A DNA stretch of 64,000 nucleotides, taken from positions 1 through 64,000 of IMG/VR virus record IMGVR_UViG_3300035698_014029. One strand, written 5' to 3'. Position numbers and translations under genes: made by a program. This document shows positions 29,160 to 39,104 of the stretch, piece after piece. The number at the start of each line of letters is the position of its first letter. The stretch's first letter is position 1. The notes beneath the pieces were generated by a model. It was not told where the DNA came from. It was given only the letters and a program-made list of their open reading frames with translations, and did not search any database. This stretch comes from a virus.

Positions 29160-30137
29160 ATGTCAAAAGGAAGAGGAATAGCAAAAGATCCCCCTTATAA
29201 TAGCAGGATTGCTATGAATACAGGATATATAATCATACCATCTAATGTGGACAGAGATGATTATGTTGAAAATTGTTTTCGAAGAGAGAAAGTAAGTATT
29301 CTTGTTGAAGATGGAGGAGGAGTTGTAAATGATTGTTATATAACAAGACAAGTATTAAATGATATTGAATTCCCATCTAAGTCTGTTGCAGATAAACTTA
29401 ATGAAACAGCAACAGAAACAGATTCATTTTTAGGGAGTGCGGTATGTTTTATAAGTGAACCATATCATGATCAACCTATTATATTTGGAACGGTATCTAA
29501 AATAGATGAAAGTGGATTATTAACAGAAGGACGATTTAAATTATTTAAGTTTAAAGATGGTAAATTTGTAAGTGTACAAGGAGATGCTAAATCAGGAACG
29601 ATAAGTATAGATGTTTCGGGTGGAGATGATGATGGTAGTTTAAACATTAATGTTCGAAACAATAATGAAACTGCTAAATTAAATGTTAATGTTAGAGGAG
29701 ATTTTAATACATTTGTAAAAGGAAATGAAGTTAAAAAGGTTCAAGGAAATGTTACTAATACTATAATTAAAAATAAAACTCAAACTATTAATGGTAATGA
29801 AATCCAAAATATAGAAGGTAATAAAGATATAAATGTAAAAGGAGATATTAATCAAAAGCCAGAAGGTGTATTTAATATTGGAGAAGGAAAAGAACCGATA
29901 TTATTAGGAGATTCTACAGAAGAAGTTTTAACAGATGTACAAAGTGTTTTAAATAGTATAAATACTGATTTAATTACTTTTACAGCAACTCAAGTAATTG
30001 CATCTGTAGGAGTATTAGCTCCGTTGGCAGCTGGATTTACCACTTTAGGTGTAAATTTAGGAACATTAACAACAACTATAGCAGGATTAATAACTAAAAT
30101 TGGTCAGATTAAATCAACAAAATCGTTCACAGATTAA
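29160..30137 (+). CDS. Baseplate central spike (gpV/gp5-like)
   Basis: N-terminal OB-like region; 8-residue beta-helix repeats VKGNEVKK/VQGNVTNT/INGNEIQN/IEGNKDIN; EPILLGD...IKSTKSFTD ending. Confidence 0.7.
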   Translation: MSKGRGIAKDPPYNSRIAMNTGYIIIPSNVDRDDYVENCFRREKVSILVEDGGGVVNDCYITRQVLNDIEFPSKSVADKLNETATETDSFLGSAVCFISEPYHDQPIIFGTVSKIDESGLLTEGRFKLFKFKDGKFVSVQGDAKSGTISIDVSGGDDDGSLNINVRNNNETAKLNVNVRGDFNTFVKGNEVKKVQGNVTNTIIKNKTQTINGNEIQNIEGNKDINVKGDINQKPEGVFNIGEGKEPILLGDSTEEVLTDVQSVLNSINTDLITFTATQVIASVGVLAPLAAGFTTLGVNLGTLTTTIAGLITKIGQIKSTKSFTD

Positions 30138-30170
30138 AATAAAATCGTTATATTTATAAAAAAATAGGAA

Positions 30171-30938
30171 ATGGCAGATTTTAAAGACCTTCAAAAACAA
30201 ATTCATGGACAGCTAGTAAGTTTTGGCAAAGAAGGATTAAATGCTCTTTTCCCAAGAGATTTTGAACTTTATTTGATATCTTTAGAATTAGTTGATTCTG
30301 CCGGAGATACTATTGATTTTTTTACATTTCCAATAACTCCTAAGTCTTTTAATAAATCTGAAATCGAAAGAACAACAATAAGAAAAACATTAAGAGCTAC
30401 AACTGTTATCCAATCAGATAGCTTTGTCCCACAAGATTTATCTATATCAGGTAATTTTGGAAGAAATATGAAATTTTTATTACCAAATATATTTGGGATT
30501 CCTTCTAGCAAAGCATTGAATTTTTCTATTAAATCTGGAGTATATGGGTCTGAAGATGTAAATTCATTGATACCTACAAAAGTTCCAACATTTAATCCTT
30601 TAGCAAAAACAGGGTATGGATGTATTAAAATATTGCAATCTATAATAAGCAAAGCTAAATCTCATGATAATGGGAAACCATTTAAATTATATTTTTATAA
30701 TCCAGCATTAGGTGAAAGTTATTTAGTAGTACCAACTAAAAACCCATTAACTATAAATCAAACAGAACAAGAAAATATGATTTGGAGTTATAATTTAAAT
30801 CTTAAAATAATTGCTGATTTATCTAAAATAAGAATAGATAAAAATTCTGTAAAGAATAATCTTAGAATAATAGGTTCTGGAGTTATTCAACAAGACGTAA
30901 GTACGTTAGCTAATAAAGTAAGTAAATTTATACAATAA
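30171..30938 (+). CDS. Baseplate/tube-initiator protein
   Basis: FFTFPITP...ISGNFGR...TGYGCIKILQ...LYFYNPALGESYLV; baseplate context. Confidence 0.55.
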   Translation: MADFKDLQKQIHGQLVSFGKEGLNALFPRDFELYLISLELVDSAGDTIDFFTFPITPKSFNKSEIERTTIRKTLRATTVIQSDSFVPQDLSISGNFGRNMKFLLPNIFGIPSSKALNFSIKSGVYGSEDVNSLIPTKVPTFNPLAKTGYGCIKILQSIISKAKSHDNGKPFKLYFYNPALGESYLVVPTKNPLTINQTEQENMIWSYNLNLKIIADLSKIRIDKNSVKNNLRIIGSGVIQQDVSTLANKVSKFIQ

Positions 30939-31852
30939 TGAATTCAGTTGAAGAATTTTTTAACATAACAGGGTATAGTATATCTAATTATTTTAGTGAA
31001 TTTAAGAATTTTGTAAACACTTATTATGATAATATAATAGATTATTATAATGGCAATGCAGATATAAATAAAGATGCCTTTAAAATATTAAATGATTTAA
31101 TAGATAAATCGTCAATTGTTTCTGATTTATTTTCTATAAATAAAGATAATTTATCAATAGATACAGGTTTTTGGGATTTATTAGAAACATTCGAAGATAC
31201 TTTTATAAAATTACAAACAATACAAAATACTCCTGCTTGGAATAGAAGTAGTTTTAGTAATGATTATAGTAATAAATTAGATATTGATTATTCTTTAGGA
31301 CAGCATGAGACTTTAGAAAAGGCAGCTAGAGAGCTTGGATATAGAGATTCAGATAATGATTATATTGAACTTGCATTAAGAAACAAATTAACTGAAGAAG
31401 ATTATGATGAAGAAGGAGGGGTTGTATTAAGAGTTTCTTTTGAAAATACTACAAATGTAAATATATTAACAACTATAGATATATTTACAGGTATAAATGC
31501 AATGGGTAAAGATTATCCTGTAAAATTTGAAATAAATGAAACTGACGAAGATTTTACAATATTAGAACCATTACCAACATCAGAACAAACAAGTGAAGTT
31601 TTATTAGGATTAACAAAAGGATCAATACCAGAAAGACCTACAGATGGAATAAGTAATTTTATAGGTCAAAATAAAAACTTTACAAAATTCCCTATACTGT
31701 TTAGACAGTTATCGGAAGTTTTTAAAGATGATGATACTTATAAAGGAATTGAATTGATAAATATAGAATATGAACAAGATGCAATTAGAGTAGATGTTCG
31801 AATTCTAACAAAAATAAACGATATTAATTATGAAAAAACATTAGTAATGTAA
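30938..31852 (+). CDS. Baseplate wedge / sheath-initiator (gp25-like C-terminus, LysM-like middle)
   Basis: ETLEKAARELG...LALRNKL (LysM-like); KGSIPERPTDGI...RQL..VFKDDDT (gp25-like). Confidence 0.6.
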   Translation: MNSVEEFFNITGYSISNYFSEFKNFVNTYYDNIIDYYNGNADINKDAFKILNDLIDKSSIVSDLFSINKDNLSIDTGFWDLLETFEDTFIKLQTIQNTPAWNRSSFSNDYSNKLDIDYSLGQHETLEKAARELGYRDSDNDYIELALRNKLTEEDYDEEGGVVLRVSFENTTNVNILTTIDIFTGINAMGKDYPVKFEINETDEDFTILEPLPTSEQTSEVLLGLTKGSIPERPTDGISNFIGQNKNFTKFPILFRQLSEVFKDDDTYKGIELINIEYEQDAIRVDVRILTKINDINYEKTLVM

Positions 31853-33039
31853 TGGCTATCAAAGATAAATTAACAACAAGACTTCTTACTACTCAACAAA
31901 TAAAGCAAATTTATTTTGAAATATTAAGAAACAATACTGATAAAATAACAAAGTTTACTAATAAATCGGTAAACAATGCTCATGGTTATGGAGTATCTAA
32001 GTTATTTCAAAGAGGTATGAAGGACGTAGCTGTACAAGAATCAATTATATTTCCAGATACAGCAACAGGAAGTGATTTAGATGCAGCAGCAGATTTATTT
32101 GGTGTTTCAGATAGATTGGCCACTATAGGAAGCTCAACCTTTGTACAAATAAAAGCAACAGTAGCTACTCAATATATACAAGGTGTTAATATATTTAAAT
32201 CAACAAATGGTATTGAATTTGACATTGTAGGAATTCATACTGCAGATGCTAATGGATTTGCATATATACCTGTAAGATCAATTGGAACAGGTGAAAATAC
32301 AAATGTAGAAGCTGGAACAATTACAACAATCACTCCTAAACCTACTGGACATTCTGCTTGTACAAATGAATATATGGCTGTTGGAGGAAGAGATGCAGAA
32401 GATGGTGAAACATTTAGATTAAGAATTAAAAATCATCCTAATTTAATAGCTAAAGAAACCTTACAATATATTTTAGAAGTAATTAAAGAATTTAATACTG
32501 ATGTTTTAAGAATATTTAATTTAGGTTTAGATGATGATTCAAAATTAAATATAGGGTTAGCTACTGTAAATGGTGCAGAATTAACAGATTCAGAATTATC
32601 TGAATTAGAAGAAAATATTAAAGATTTTTTAGCTTTGTGTGATGTAAGCTCTTTTGGTAATATATTAAGTTTTAAACTTATTAATATTACATTTCATGAA
32701 GTTGGGAGTACAGCTGGAGTTGATTTTAGAGTTGATATTATTAGTAGTTATGATGTAGAAGATGTTCGAAAGAACATTCAAATAGCTATGACTAAATATC
32801 TTGATTTTAGATTTTGGGATGTAAATGATAAAGTAGAATGGGATAATTTATTAAGCATAGTAAAAAGAACACAAGGAGTTAGATATGTTCCTGATGAATA
32901 TTTTTTACCTGCTGTTGATGAAAGTATAACAAGAGGCCAATTACCAAGAATTGTAAGTTTTAAAATGAGAGATTTAGATGGTACTCTTTTATTTGATAAT
33001 TCAAGTACTACGCTTTCGGTATATTATACAAATGATTAA
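31852..33039 (+). CDS. Baseplate J-like wedge protein
   Basis: FPDTATGSDLD..A...GV..R...GENTNV..GTI...N...AVGGRDAEDGETFRLRI. Confidence 0.85.
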   Translation: MAIKDKLTTRLLTTQQIKQIYFEILRNNTDKITKFTNKSVNNAHGYGVSKLFQRGMKDVAVQESIIFPDTATGSDLDAAADLFGVSDRLATIGSSTFVQIKATVATQYIQGVNIFKSTNGIEFDIVGIHTADANGFAYIPVRSIGTGENTNVEAGTITTITPKPTGHSACTNEYMAVGGRDAEDGETFRLRIKNHPNLIAKETLQYILEVIKEFNTDVLRIFNLGLDDDSKLNIGLATVNGAELTDSELSELEENIKDFLALCDVSSFGNILSFKLINITFHEVGSTAGVDFRVDIISSYDVEDVRKNIQIAMTKYLDFRFWDVNDKVEWDNLLSIVKRTQGVRYVPDEYFLPAVDESITRGQLPRIVSFKMRDLDGTLLFDNSSTTLSVYYTND

Positions 33040-33044
33040 ATAAT

Positions 33045-33698
33045 ATGGGAATAGATAGATTTAATAATGAATTTTTTAAAGATTTTTTTGAATATAATGA
33101 TTCAGGATTAGCTAAAATTGCTAATAATTTATATGAAAAAATAAAAGGAAATGGAATACTCCCTAGATATGTTGAAAGAGAACAAGAAATTAGTAGAATT
33201 AATGTAAATGCTATTTTAACTGTTTTTGATGATTGGTTTTTACCTTCTTTAGATGAATTACAAGCAATGTATAATAACTTAAAGGTGTCTGGAGTAGGTG
33301 ATTTTAATCAAGCAGCATATTGGTCAAGTTCTGAAGAAAATAGTGCTAGTACGAAAAACACATCTTTTACGACAGGAGCTTCGTCAAACACTCCAAAATC
33401 TGCATCGTTAGGAGTTCGTGCTTGTCGATCATTTACAGCAACAGCAGGAGCTTATTCTTTACGAGATGTTGGACAAGCAGGAGGATTAATATTTTATATC
33501 GATGGTACAACATTTTATGAAGCAGCACCAACAGATCAGTCATCAAGTGTAGCATGGAGTGATATAATAGATGCTGCAATAGGTACAACAGGAACAGTTA
33601 TTGGAACTGGACAAGCAAATACAACAGCTATATTGGCTCAGTCAGCAACAGCACCAGCAGCTAAATTATGTAATGATTTAAGTATTACAATTGAATAA
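33045..33698 (+). CDS. Baseplate-associated protein with circularly permuted DUF1566/Lcl-C (C-type-lectin-like) domain
   Basis: DWFLPSLDEL..MY.NL...YWSSSE...VRACRSF followed by YSLRDVGQAGGLIFY...EAAP.DQS...IGTGQANT..I...AAKLC. Confidence 0.7.
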   Translation: MGIDRFNNEFFKDFFEYNDSGLAKIANNLYEKIKGNGILPRYVEREQEISRINVNAILTVFDDWFLPSLDELQAMYNNLKVSGVGDFNQAAYWSSSEENSASTKNTSFTTGASSNTPKSASLGVRACRSFTATAGAYSLRDVGQAGGLIFYIDGTTFYEAAPTDQSSSVAWSDIIDAAIGTTGTVIGTGQANTTAILAQSATAPAAKLCNDLSITIE

Positions 33699-33715
33699 TA
33701 TAAAAAATAAATATT

Positions 33716-36655
33716 GTGACAGTAATTAGTTTAACAGATGATTTAAAATTTACTTTTGGTAAATGTATAGATAATGTAGGATTGTTATCTTTATTAGAAT
33801 TAGCGAATATAGGGAAGGTTCATGATATTACTATAGAGTTTGTACATCATACTTTAGCAAATGATTTAAACGCTACTATATTAACAAATATCGGCATAAT
33901 AACTACTACTACTGGAACTGTTTCGTCTTTAAGTTATACAGATGGAACTTCAACTGTAACTTGGGGAACAAATCCATTACCAGTAGATACAGATTTACAT
34001 ACTATAAAATTTATAAGAAATCATATTAATGTTTCATTATATATCGACACAGTATTAATTTCAACACTTGTATTAACAACTAATGAAGATTTTATAATTA
34101 CAACACTTGTAAGTAGTGGGCAATATGGCAGAGCAGGGAATATTAAAATTACTAATACTCAGGATGTTATTTTACATTGGTGGAAATGTAATACAATTAT
34201 AGATAATGAGTTATATGATGAAGGGTTAAATGATGAAGATTTTTATACATATTGGTATTCAGTAGCTTATTTATTTGCTATTTTAATAAAATATGATCAA
34301 GAGTTATTAAATATTACAGATAACGTAGAACAGTTAAGAAAATTTATTGAAACAAAAGGAATATATATTAGTTCAGATATTTCTACTGCTGATTTAACAT
34401 ATATATATGAAAATTGGATAACTGAATTTGAGAAAAGAGGAACAGCTCAAATGTATTTACCTAAACAAGAAACAGTTCTAGGGAGATGTATCCAAACATA
34501 TTATGACACAGGAAATCAATTCCAAGATATATCTTTTTATGACGGAACTACAGCTTATAATTTAGGTAAAAGTTTAGAATTTGAATTTAAATGGAAACCT
34601 GATGATCATTTTTCAGGAACAGTTATTTTATTAGGGAAATTTCAAATAACTAATACTTCGGGGAGTCTTTATGAATTTACATATTTTAGTGATGTTACTG
34701 CTAGATGGTCTGATATAACTATATCTCAATATGATGTTACTTTTATTAAATTTATTCGTATTGGAGCTCAAATATGGTTACTTGTAGATAATGTAAATCA
34801 AGGAGAAAAGAGTTATGCTGCTAATGCAGATCATGGAATAGGATTTGGATCAGTTCCTATTGAAATTTTAACAGGTAGAATAGGGAGAATGTCTAATTTA
34901 AAGGTAAAATATGGAACAGATTCTTTAAACTGGACAATGACAGAAGTAGATGGAGTTAATTGTTTAGAAATAACCAAAGACCCTGTTAATGATTTAAAAA
35001 TAAATTCAACAATTGATTCAGATGTTGCTTCAAATATATTAGAAAATATAAGAATTACAGATGATGATTTTGACAATATAGTAACTACACCGATAGATGG
35101 CGAAATACTTAGATTATTAGGTTATAGTTCTAGTGATGAATTTATAATAGGTCAAATAAGAAATCCAGAATTAGGATGGTATTTAGGAGTATCTTCTCCA
35201 GATTCTCATCAAACATTCCCTATTATAAATTTAAATAAATCTTATGATAGACAACCGAATATAGAAAATGTATTTAGATATCCAGAGATTCCAGACTCTT
35301 TAGAAAGAGTAGTGTTTGATAGTAAGACTTGTTTTAAAGTAGATGTAACAGGAAGTATAACTACAAATGTTTATAATGTAGATATGGATACTCTTTCTTT
35401 ACAGGCTGATGTTAATTTTACTTATCTTTCTGCTATTGAGGATGATGCTGCTTATGATTTTTTTAGACAATTAGATTTAGGGGTAAGTTATGAAATAGTG
35501 TTTGAAATTCTTATACCAAATACTTCTACAAGTTCTATATTTTTAGCAGATAGTGGTTATGCAGTTAATGGAATAAGAATTGAAACAAGAGCAAATGCTG
35601 TAAGTAATCTTTTATATGATGTAGAATATATGGGAGCTGTTTTTACATCAGTTGGGAATACAGCTACAGTTGAAACATTAAAACTTGTTAGAGCTGCAGG
35701 ATTTGTTGAATTATTTATCAATAATATTTCTCAAGGGTCTGTAGCTGTTTCAAGTAGTGTTTTAGCTCATACAATTGATATTTTTGCTCAAAATGATGGA
35801 GATGGTACTAGATATAGTAATGTTAAAATTATTCAAAGTACTGTATTAACTCATTGGTGGAAATGTAATGAAGTAGTCTCAACTATAACAAGTGCAGTAC
35901 CTACATTTTCAAATGTGTTATTAGATTTAGGTTATCATGGAACAAATGTTTCTGGACAAAATGGAATACATTCAGATTATATAGCATTATATGATTATAC
36001 TAATCCTGATATTTATATTCCAGTTGATGTAGATCTTAGTTATGAGATATCGTTTATGTTATATTTTGCAAATGAAGCAAATGTTGAACCTTATTTTATA
36101 GATTTTGGAATAACTGGGTTTGATGCAAGTTTTAACAAAATACCAGATGCTTTTATAGGAGTAGAATCAGGGATAAGCTCTAATAATTCATTTATGAAAT
36201 ATATTCCTGAGTATGGATTTTTAGATGATGGATTAAATGCAGTTACAAGTAAATTTCATGATATACGTCCAGAATTTCAAGCTGGAGTAAAAGGAAAATG
36301 GTTATTTATTAGAGGAATTATTTATGGATCAGATGTTACAGCAATAAATAGAGAAGAAAGATTAAATTTAGGATTTGGAGAAAATTTAGAATTTGATGTG
36401 GCATCAACTTATATAGTCCCTAATATTAATATATTATCAACTAGTGAAGTAGTTTCAGGTAGTAACTTGTTTTATATACATAATATCAATGTTAGACCAT
36501 TAAAATTACCTATAGGAAAAGGGTATATAGATACAAGAAATGTATTTATAAATTATTTAAAAAACAATGATCGTTTCTCAGAAACAGAAATAAATAGTAT
36601 ATTTGGGGATGATTTATTCCCATACAATTCGTTTATAAAAAATAAATATATATAA
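33716..36655 (+). CDS. Large baseplate wedge/fibre-anchor protein with three LamG-like inserted modules
   Basis: GTG start; repeats IKFIR...LYID, IKFIR...LLVD and LKLVR...LFIN; HWWKCN twice; helical core EDFYTYW...EFEKRGT. Confidence 0.65.
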   Translation: MTVISLTDDLKFTFGKCIDNVGLLSLLELANIGKVHDITIEFVHHTLANDLNATILTNIGIITTTTGTVSSLSYTDGTSTVTWGTNPLPVDTDLHTIKFIRNHINVSLYIDTVLISTLVLTTNEDFIITTLVSSGQYGRAGNIKITNTQDVILHWWKCNTIIDNELYDEGLNDEDFYTYWYSVAYLFAILIKYDQELLNITDNVEQLRKFIETKGIYISSDISTADLTYIYENWITEFEKRGTAQMYLPKQETVLGRCIQTYYDTGNQFQDISFYDGTTAYNLGKSLEFEFKWKPDDHFSGTVILLGKFQITNTSGSLYEFTYFSDVTARWSDITISQYDVTFIKFIRIGAQIWLLVDNVNQGEKSYAANADHGIGFGSVPIEILTGRIGRMSNLKVKYGTDSLNWTMTEVDGVNCLEITKDPVNDLKINSTIDSDVASNILENIRITDDDFDNIVTTPIDGEILRLLGYSSSDEFIIGQIRNPELGWYLGVSSPDSHQTFPIINLNKSYDRQPNIENVFRYPEIPDSLERVVFDSKTCFKVDVTGSITTNVYNVDMDTLSLQADVNFTYLSAIEDDAAYDFFRQLDLGVSYEIVFEILIPNTSTSSIFLADSGYAVNGIRIETRANAVSNLLYDVEYMGAVFTSVGNTATVETLKLVRAAGFVELFINNISQGSVAVSSSVLAHTIDIFAQNDGDGTRYSNVKIIQSTVLTHWWKCNEVVSTITSAVPTFSNVLLDLGYHGTNVSGQNGIHSDYIALYDYTNPDIYIPVDVDLSYEISFMLYFANEANVEPYFIDFGITGFDASFNKIPDAFIGVESGISSNNSFMKYIPEYGFLDDGLNAVTSKFHDIRPEFQAGVKGKWLFIRGIIYGSDVTAINREERLNLGFGENLEFDVASTYIVPNINILSTSEVVSGSNLFYIHNINVRPLKLPIGKGYIDTRNVFINYLKNNDRFSETEINSIFGDDLFPYNSFIKNKYI

Positions 36656-36667
36656 AAATATAAAATT

Positions 36668-37960
36668 ATGTCAGGTTCATTAAATTTTTACAATTATGCA
36701 GGATTAGAATCAGCTGAATTAAAACAACTTGATTTTGATTTAAGACAAGAATTTTCTTTATTGTTAGAATATTTAGGAGGAAACAGTAGCAGTGATTCTT
36801 CTATAGGATGTTTAATAAAAAAAACATCTCCTACATTAGCAGCTAATTTATTAGTAGAAAAAGATACTATAGTTACTACTTATTTTACTTTAAAAATCAC
36901 TTTACCGGGTTATGGAGTATTTGATATGCAATATGGATATGTTGATGCTTTAGATGCTGTAGTATTAGATGATGAAAATAAGTTATTAGATTTAGGAAGA
37001 ATGATTTTAGATAGACCTAGTATTTCTAATTGGGAAGTTCCTGGGATTTCAGGGTTAGGAGCAGGAGTAGTTAGATATGTAGGATTAAAACCTTCATATG
37101 ATCCAAAAGAAGGAGGATTATTAGCTATAAGTGGAACAACTAATCAAGTAACGAAAGCAGGAGGAGATGACTTTACTGCTAAATTAAGAGAACAATCATC
37201 TGGGTCTCCAGTAAAGATTAGATTTTTTGACGAAGATGGAGTTGTTGCTACTAATAATGGGATTTATGAAGTTATAGATATTGTAGATGCAAATACTATA
37301 ACTATATCTGGAGATTTAGTTAATGAAGCAGATGTAAAATATGTTATAGTGGGAACATTTGATTTATTAAATCAATTAGCATCTAATTTAACTGATAAAT
37401 CTATTTATCTTAATATGTCAACTGAATTTTCACTTCAAACCAATATATCTGATTTTACAGGAGCAGGAGGATTTCCATTAGCTAAATTAACTTTTGATGC
37501 TGCTCATGATTTTACTGTTGAAGATTTAAGAGAAGATTATTTATTTAATGTGTCAAATGTAGATCAAGCTTGGATTGATTTATCTGCATCTTTAACTTTT
37601 AATGCTACATATGTTACTTCTGGGACATTTGAATATAGAGTAATGTTAGATGGAACTATTGAATTTAGAGGAATTTTAGTTTTCCCAGGAGGAGCAGCAA
37701 CAAATTCTTTTAATTTATTTACTTCTTTTCTTTCAGCTGATTTATTTGGAGGAGGAAGAAAAATAGATAGAAGATATGGTGGATTTTTTTTAACAAGTAA
37801 TGTCAATACTACTACATTACAAGACGAACAAGCTTTAGGGAGAATAGATTTTGATTCTGCAACAGCTAATACTTTAATTGTAAACGTTGATTTTACAGAT
37901 GTAGCAGCGTTAACTGATCCTGGATATGGATTTTATGCTAGAATACCAGCAACTTATTAA
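36668..37960 (+). CDS. Tail fibre / baseplate-attached protein
   Basis: N-terminal LNF....LESAEL; C-terminal FEYRVMLDGTIEFRG fibre-tip-like motif. Confidence 0.55.
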   Translation: MSGSLNFYNYAGLESAELKQLDFDLRQEFSLLLEYLGGNSSSDSSIGCLIKKTSPTLAANLLVEKDTIVTTYFTLKITLPGYGVFDMQYGYVDALDAVVLDDENKLLDLGRMILDRPSISNWEVPGISGLGAGVVRYVGLKPSYDPKEGGLLAISGTTNQVTKAGGDDFTAKLREQSSGSPVKIRFFDEDGVVATNNGIYEVIDIVDANTITISGDLVNEADVKYVIVGTFDLLNQLASNLTDKSIYLNMSTEFSLQTNISDFTGAGGFPLAKLTFDAAHDFTVEDLREDYLFNVSNVDQAWIDLSASLTFNATYVTSGTFEYRVMLDGTIEFRGILVFPGGAATNSFNLFTSFLSADLFGGGRKIDRRYGGFFLTSNVNTTTLQDEQALGRIDFDSATANTLIVNVDFTDVAALTDPGYGFYARIPATY

Positions 37961-37972
37961 TAAACAAATACC

Positions 37973-38539
37973 ATGAAATTATATTATACAACAAGTGCAG
38001 GACAAGACCAAGTACAAACTGACCCAGCTAAATCTTTAGGTGGGTATAGATCTGCTACATTATTACCAAATGGAAAATTACATAGTATATTTGGAGAAAT
38101 AAGTAGATATACTATTTCGAAAGACTTAGAAGAATATATAGGTGTTATATTAAAAAACGATAACGGAGCAGATGTAACAGATATAATGATTTGGTTTGAT
38201 GTTCCAGATGATAGTTATTCTAGTTATGAATTAGCTGCAGTAAGTTTAGCTGCCGATACAGATGGAGTATTAGCTATGGAAAGAGTAGGAGATAGAAATT
38301 CTCAACCATTAGTAGGTGTTTTTGTAGATGCAACCGCAGAAGCAAATAAACAGAATGTAGGAGATATTGCTGATACTGGAATGATAGGTCTTTGGTTTAA
38401 ACGTACATTAGAAACAACTCAAATACAAACCGATCAAGATGATTTAATCTATAAAGAAACTACAGCTGATAAAGTATATATTCAAAGAGAACTAAATACC
38501 AGTGATGAAATAGGAATAAATATAGAATGGACACAATAA
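37973..38539 (+). CDS. Virion structural protein
   Basis: LYYT...Q.DP.KSLGGY.S...IF.EIS...IGLWFKR; last gene before a terminator. Confidence 0.55.
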   Translation: MKLYYTTSAGQDQVQTDPAKSLGGYRSATLLPNGKLHSIFGEISRYTISKDLEEYIGVILKNDNGADVTDIMIWFDVPDDSYSSYELAAVSLAADTDGVLAMERVGDRNSQPLVGVFVDATAEANKQNVGDIADTGMIGLWFKRTLETTQIQTDQDDLIYKETTADKVYIQRELNTSDEIGINIEWTQ

Positions 38540-38554
38540 TTGTCCATTTTTTTT
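38526..38554 (+). terminator. Intrinsic terminator ending the virion operon
   Basis: AATGGACA-caataat-TGTCCATT followed by a T-run that overlaps the next promoter's -33 TTTG. Confidence 0.7.
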
Positions 38555-38584
38555 GTGATAAAAGATATAAAAACTATATCTTTG
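38552..38584 (+). promoter_or_regulatory. Bacteroidota-type promoter (-33 TTTG / -7 TATCTTTG) with AAGATATA box
   Basis: TTTG 38552-55, 21-nt spacer, TAnnTTTG 38577-84; AAGATATA 38562-69. Confidence 0.75.
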
Positions 38585-38588
38585 TTAA

Positions 38589-39104
38589 ATGGTAAAAAAG
38601 GTTATTGGAATATATCAATTAGTATATGGAAAATATATCAATAATCTTCGATATAAATTCAATAACTCTAAAAGAAATCAAAAATACATAGAAAATTTCA
38701 TTAAGTTAGTTAATGAAAAAGTAGGTTCAGAGTCTATTGATGAAACTTTTTTTTGGAACTTTACTTTATTCCAATTTGAGTTTTTTAACGGCTCTAATGG
38801 AAAATCTGATGTAGATATACAAGTTAATTGGATATATGGCAAGAAAGCCTTTGAAAGGTGGCTAAAAAGGGATATGATTCATTGGGAATACTTCGTAGAT
38901 AACTTTAAAAAAGAATTTAATATTAAAACTCCTATTAAACTTACTATAAATATAGAAGAAGGTGCTGAATATCGAAGAAATATAGAACGTAAAAGATTTT
39001 ATAATACAGAAGAAGGGTTTTATTACTGTCAAATGATGATTCTATTTGATGAAGACAATGATATATGTAAGGAGTGTAAATTTTTAAAAGATTGCAGATT
39101 ATGA
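38589..39104 (+). CDS. Hypothetical protein with C-terminal Cys cluster
   Basis: YC...ICKECKFLKDC; first gene behind the promoter. Confidence 0.55.
   Translation: MVKKVIGIYQLVYGKYINNLRYKFNNSKRNQKYIENFIKLVNEKVGSESIDETFFWNFTLFQFEFFNGSNGKSDVDIQVNWIYGKKAFERWLKRDMIHWEYFVDNFKKEFNIKTPIKLTINIEEGAEYRRNIERKRFYNTEEGFYYCQMMILFDEDNDICKECKFLKDCRL

Noticed and set aside
33300-33440. Diversity-generating retroelement variable region in the DUF1566-like domain
   Set aside because: No reverse transcriptase or template repeat seen in the window, and the codons between YWSSSE and VRAC are not predominantly the NNY type expected from AAY templates; a template elsewhere in the genome cannot be excluded
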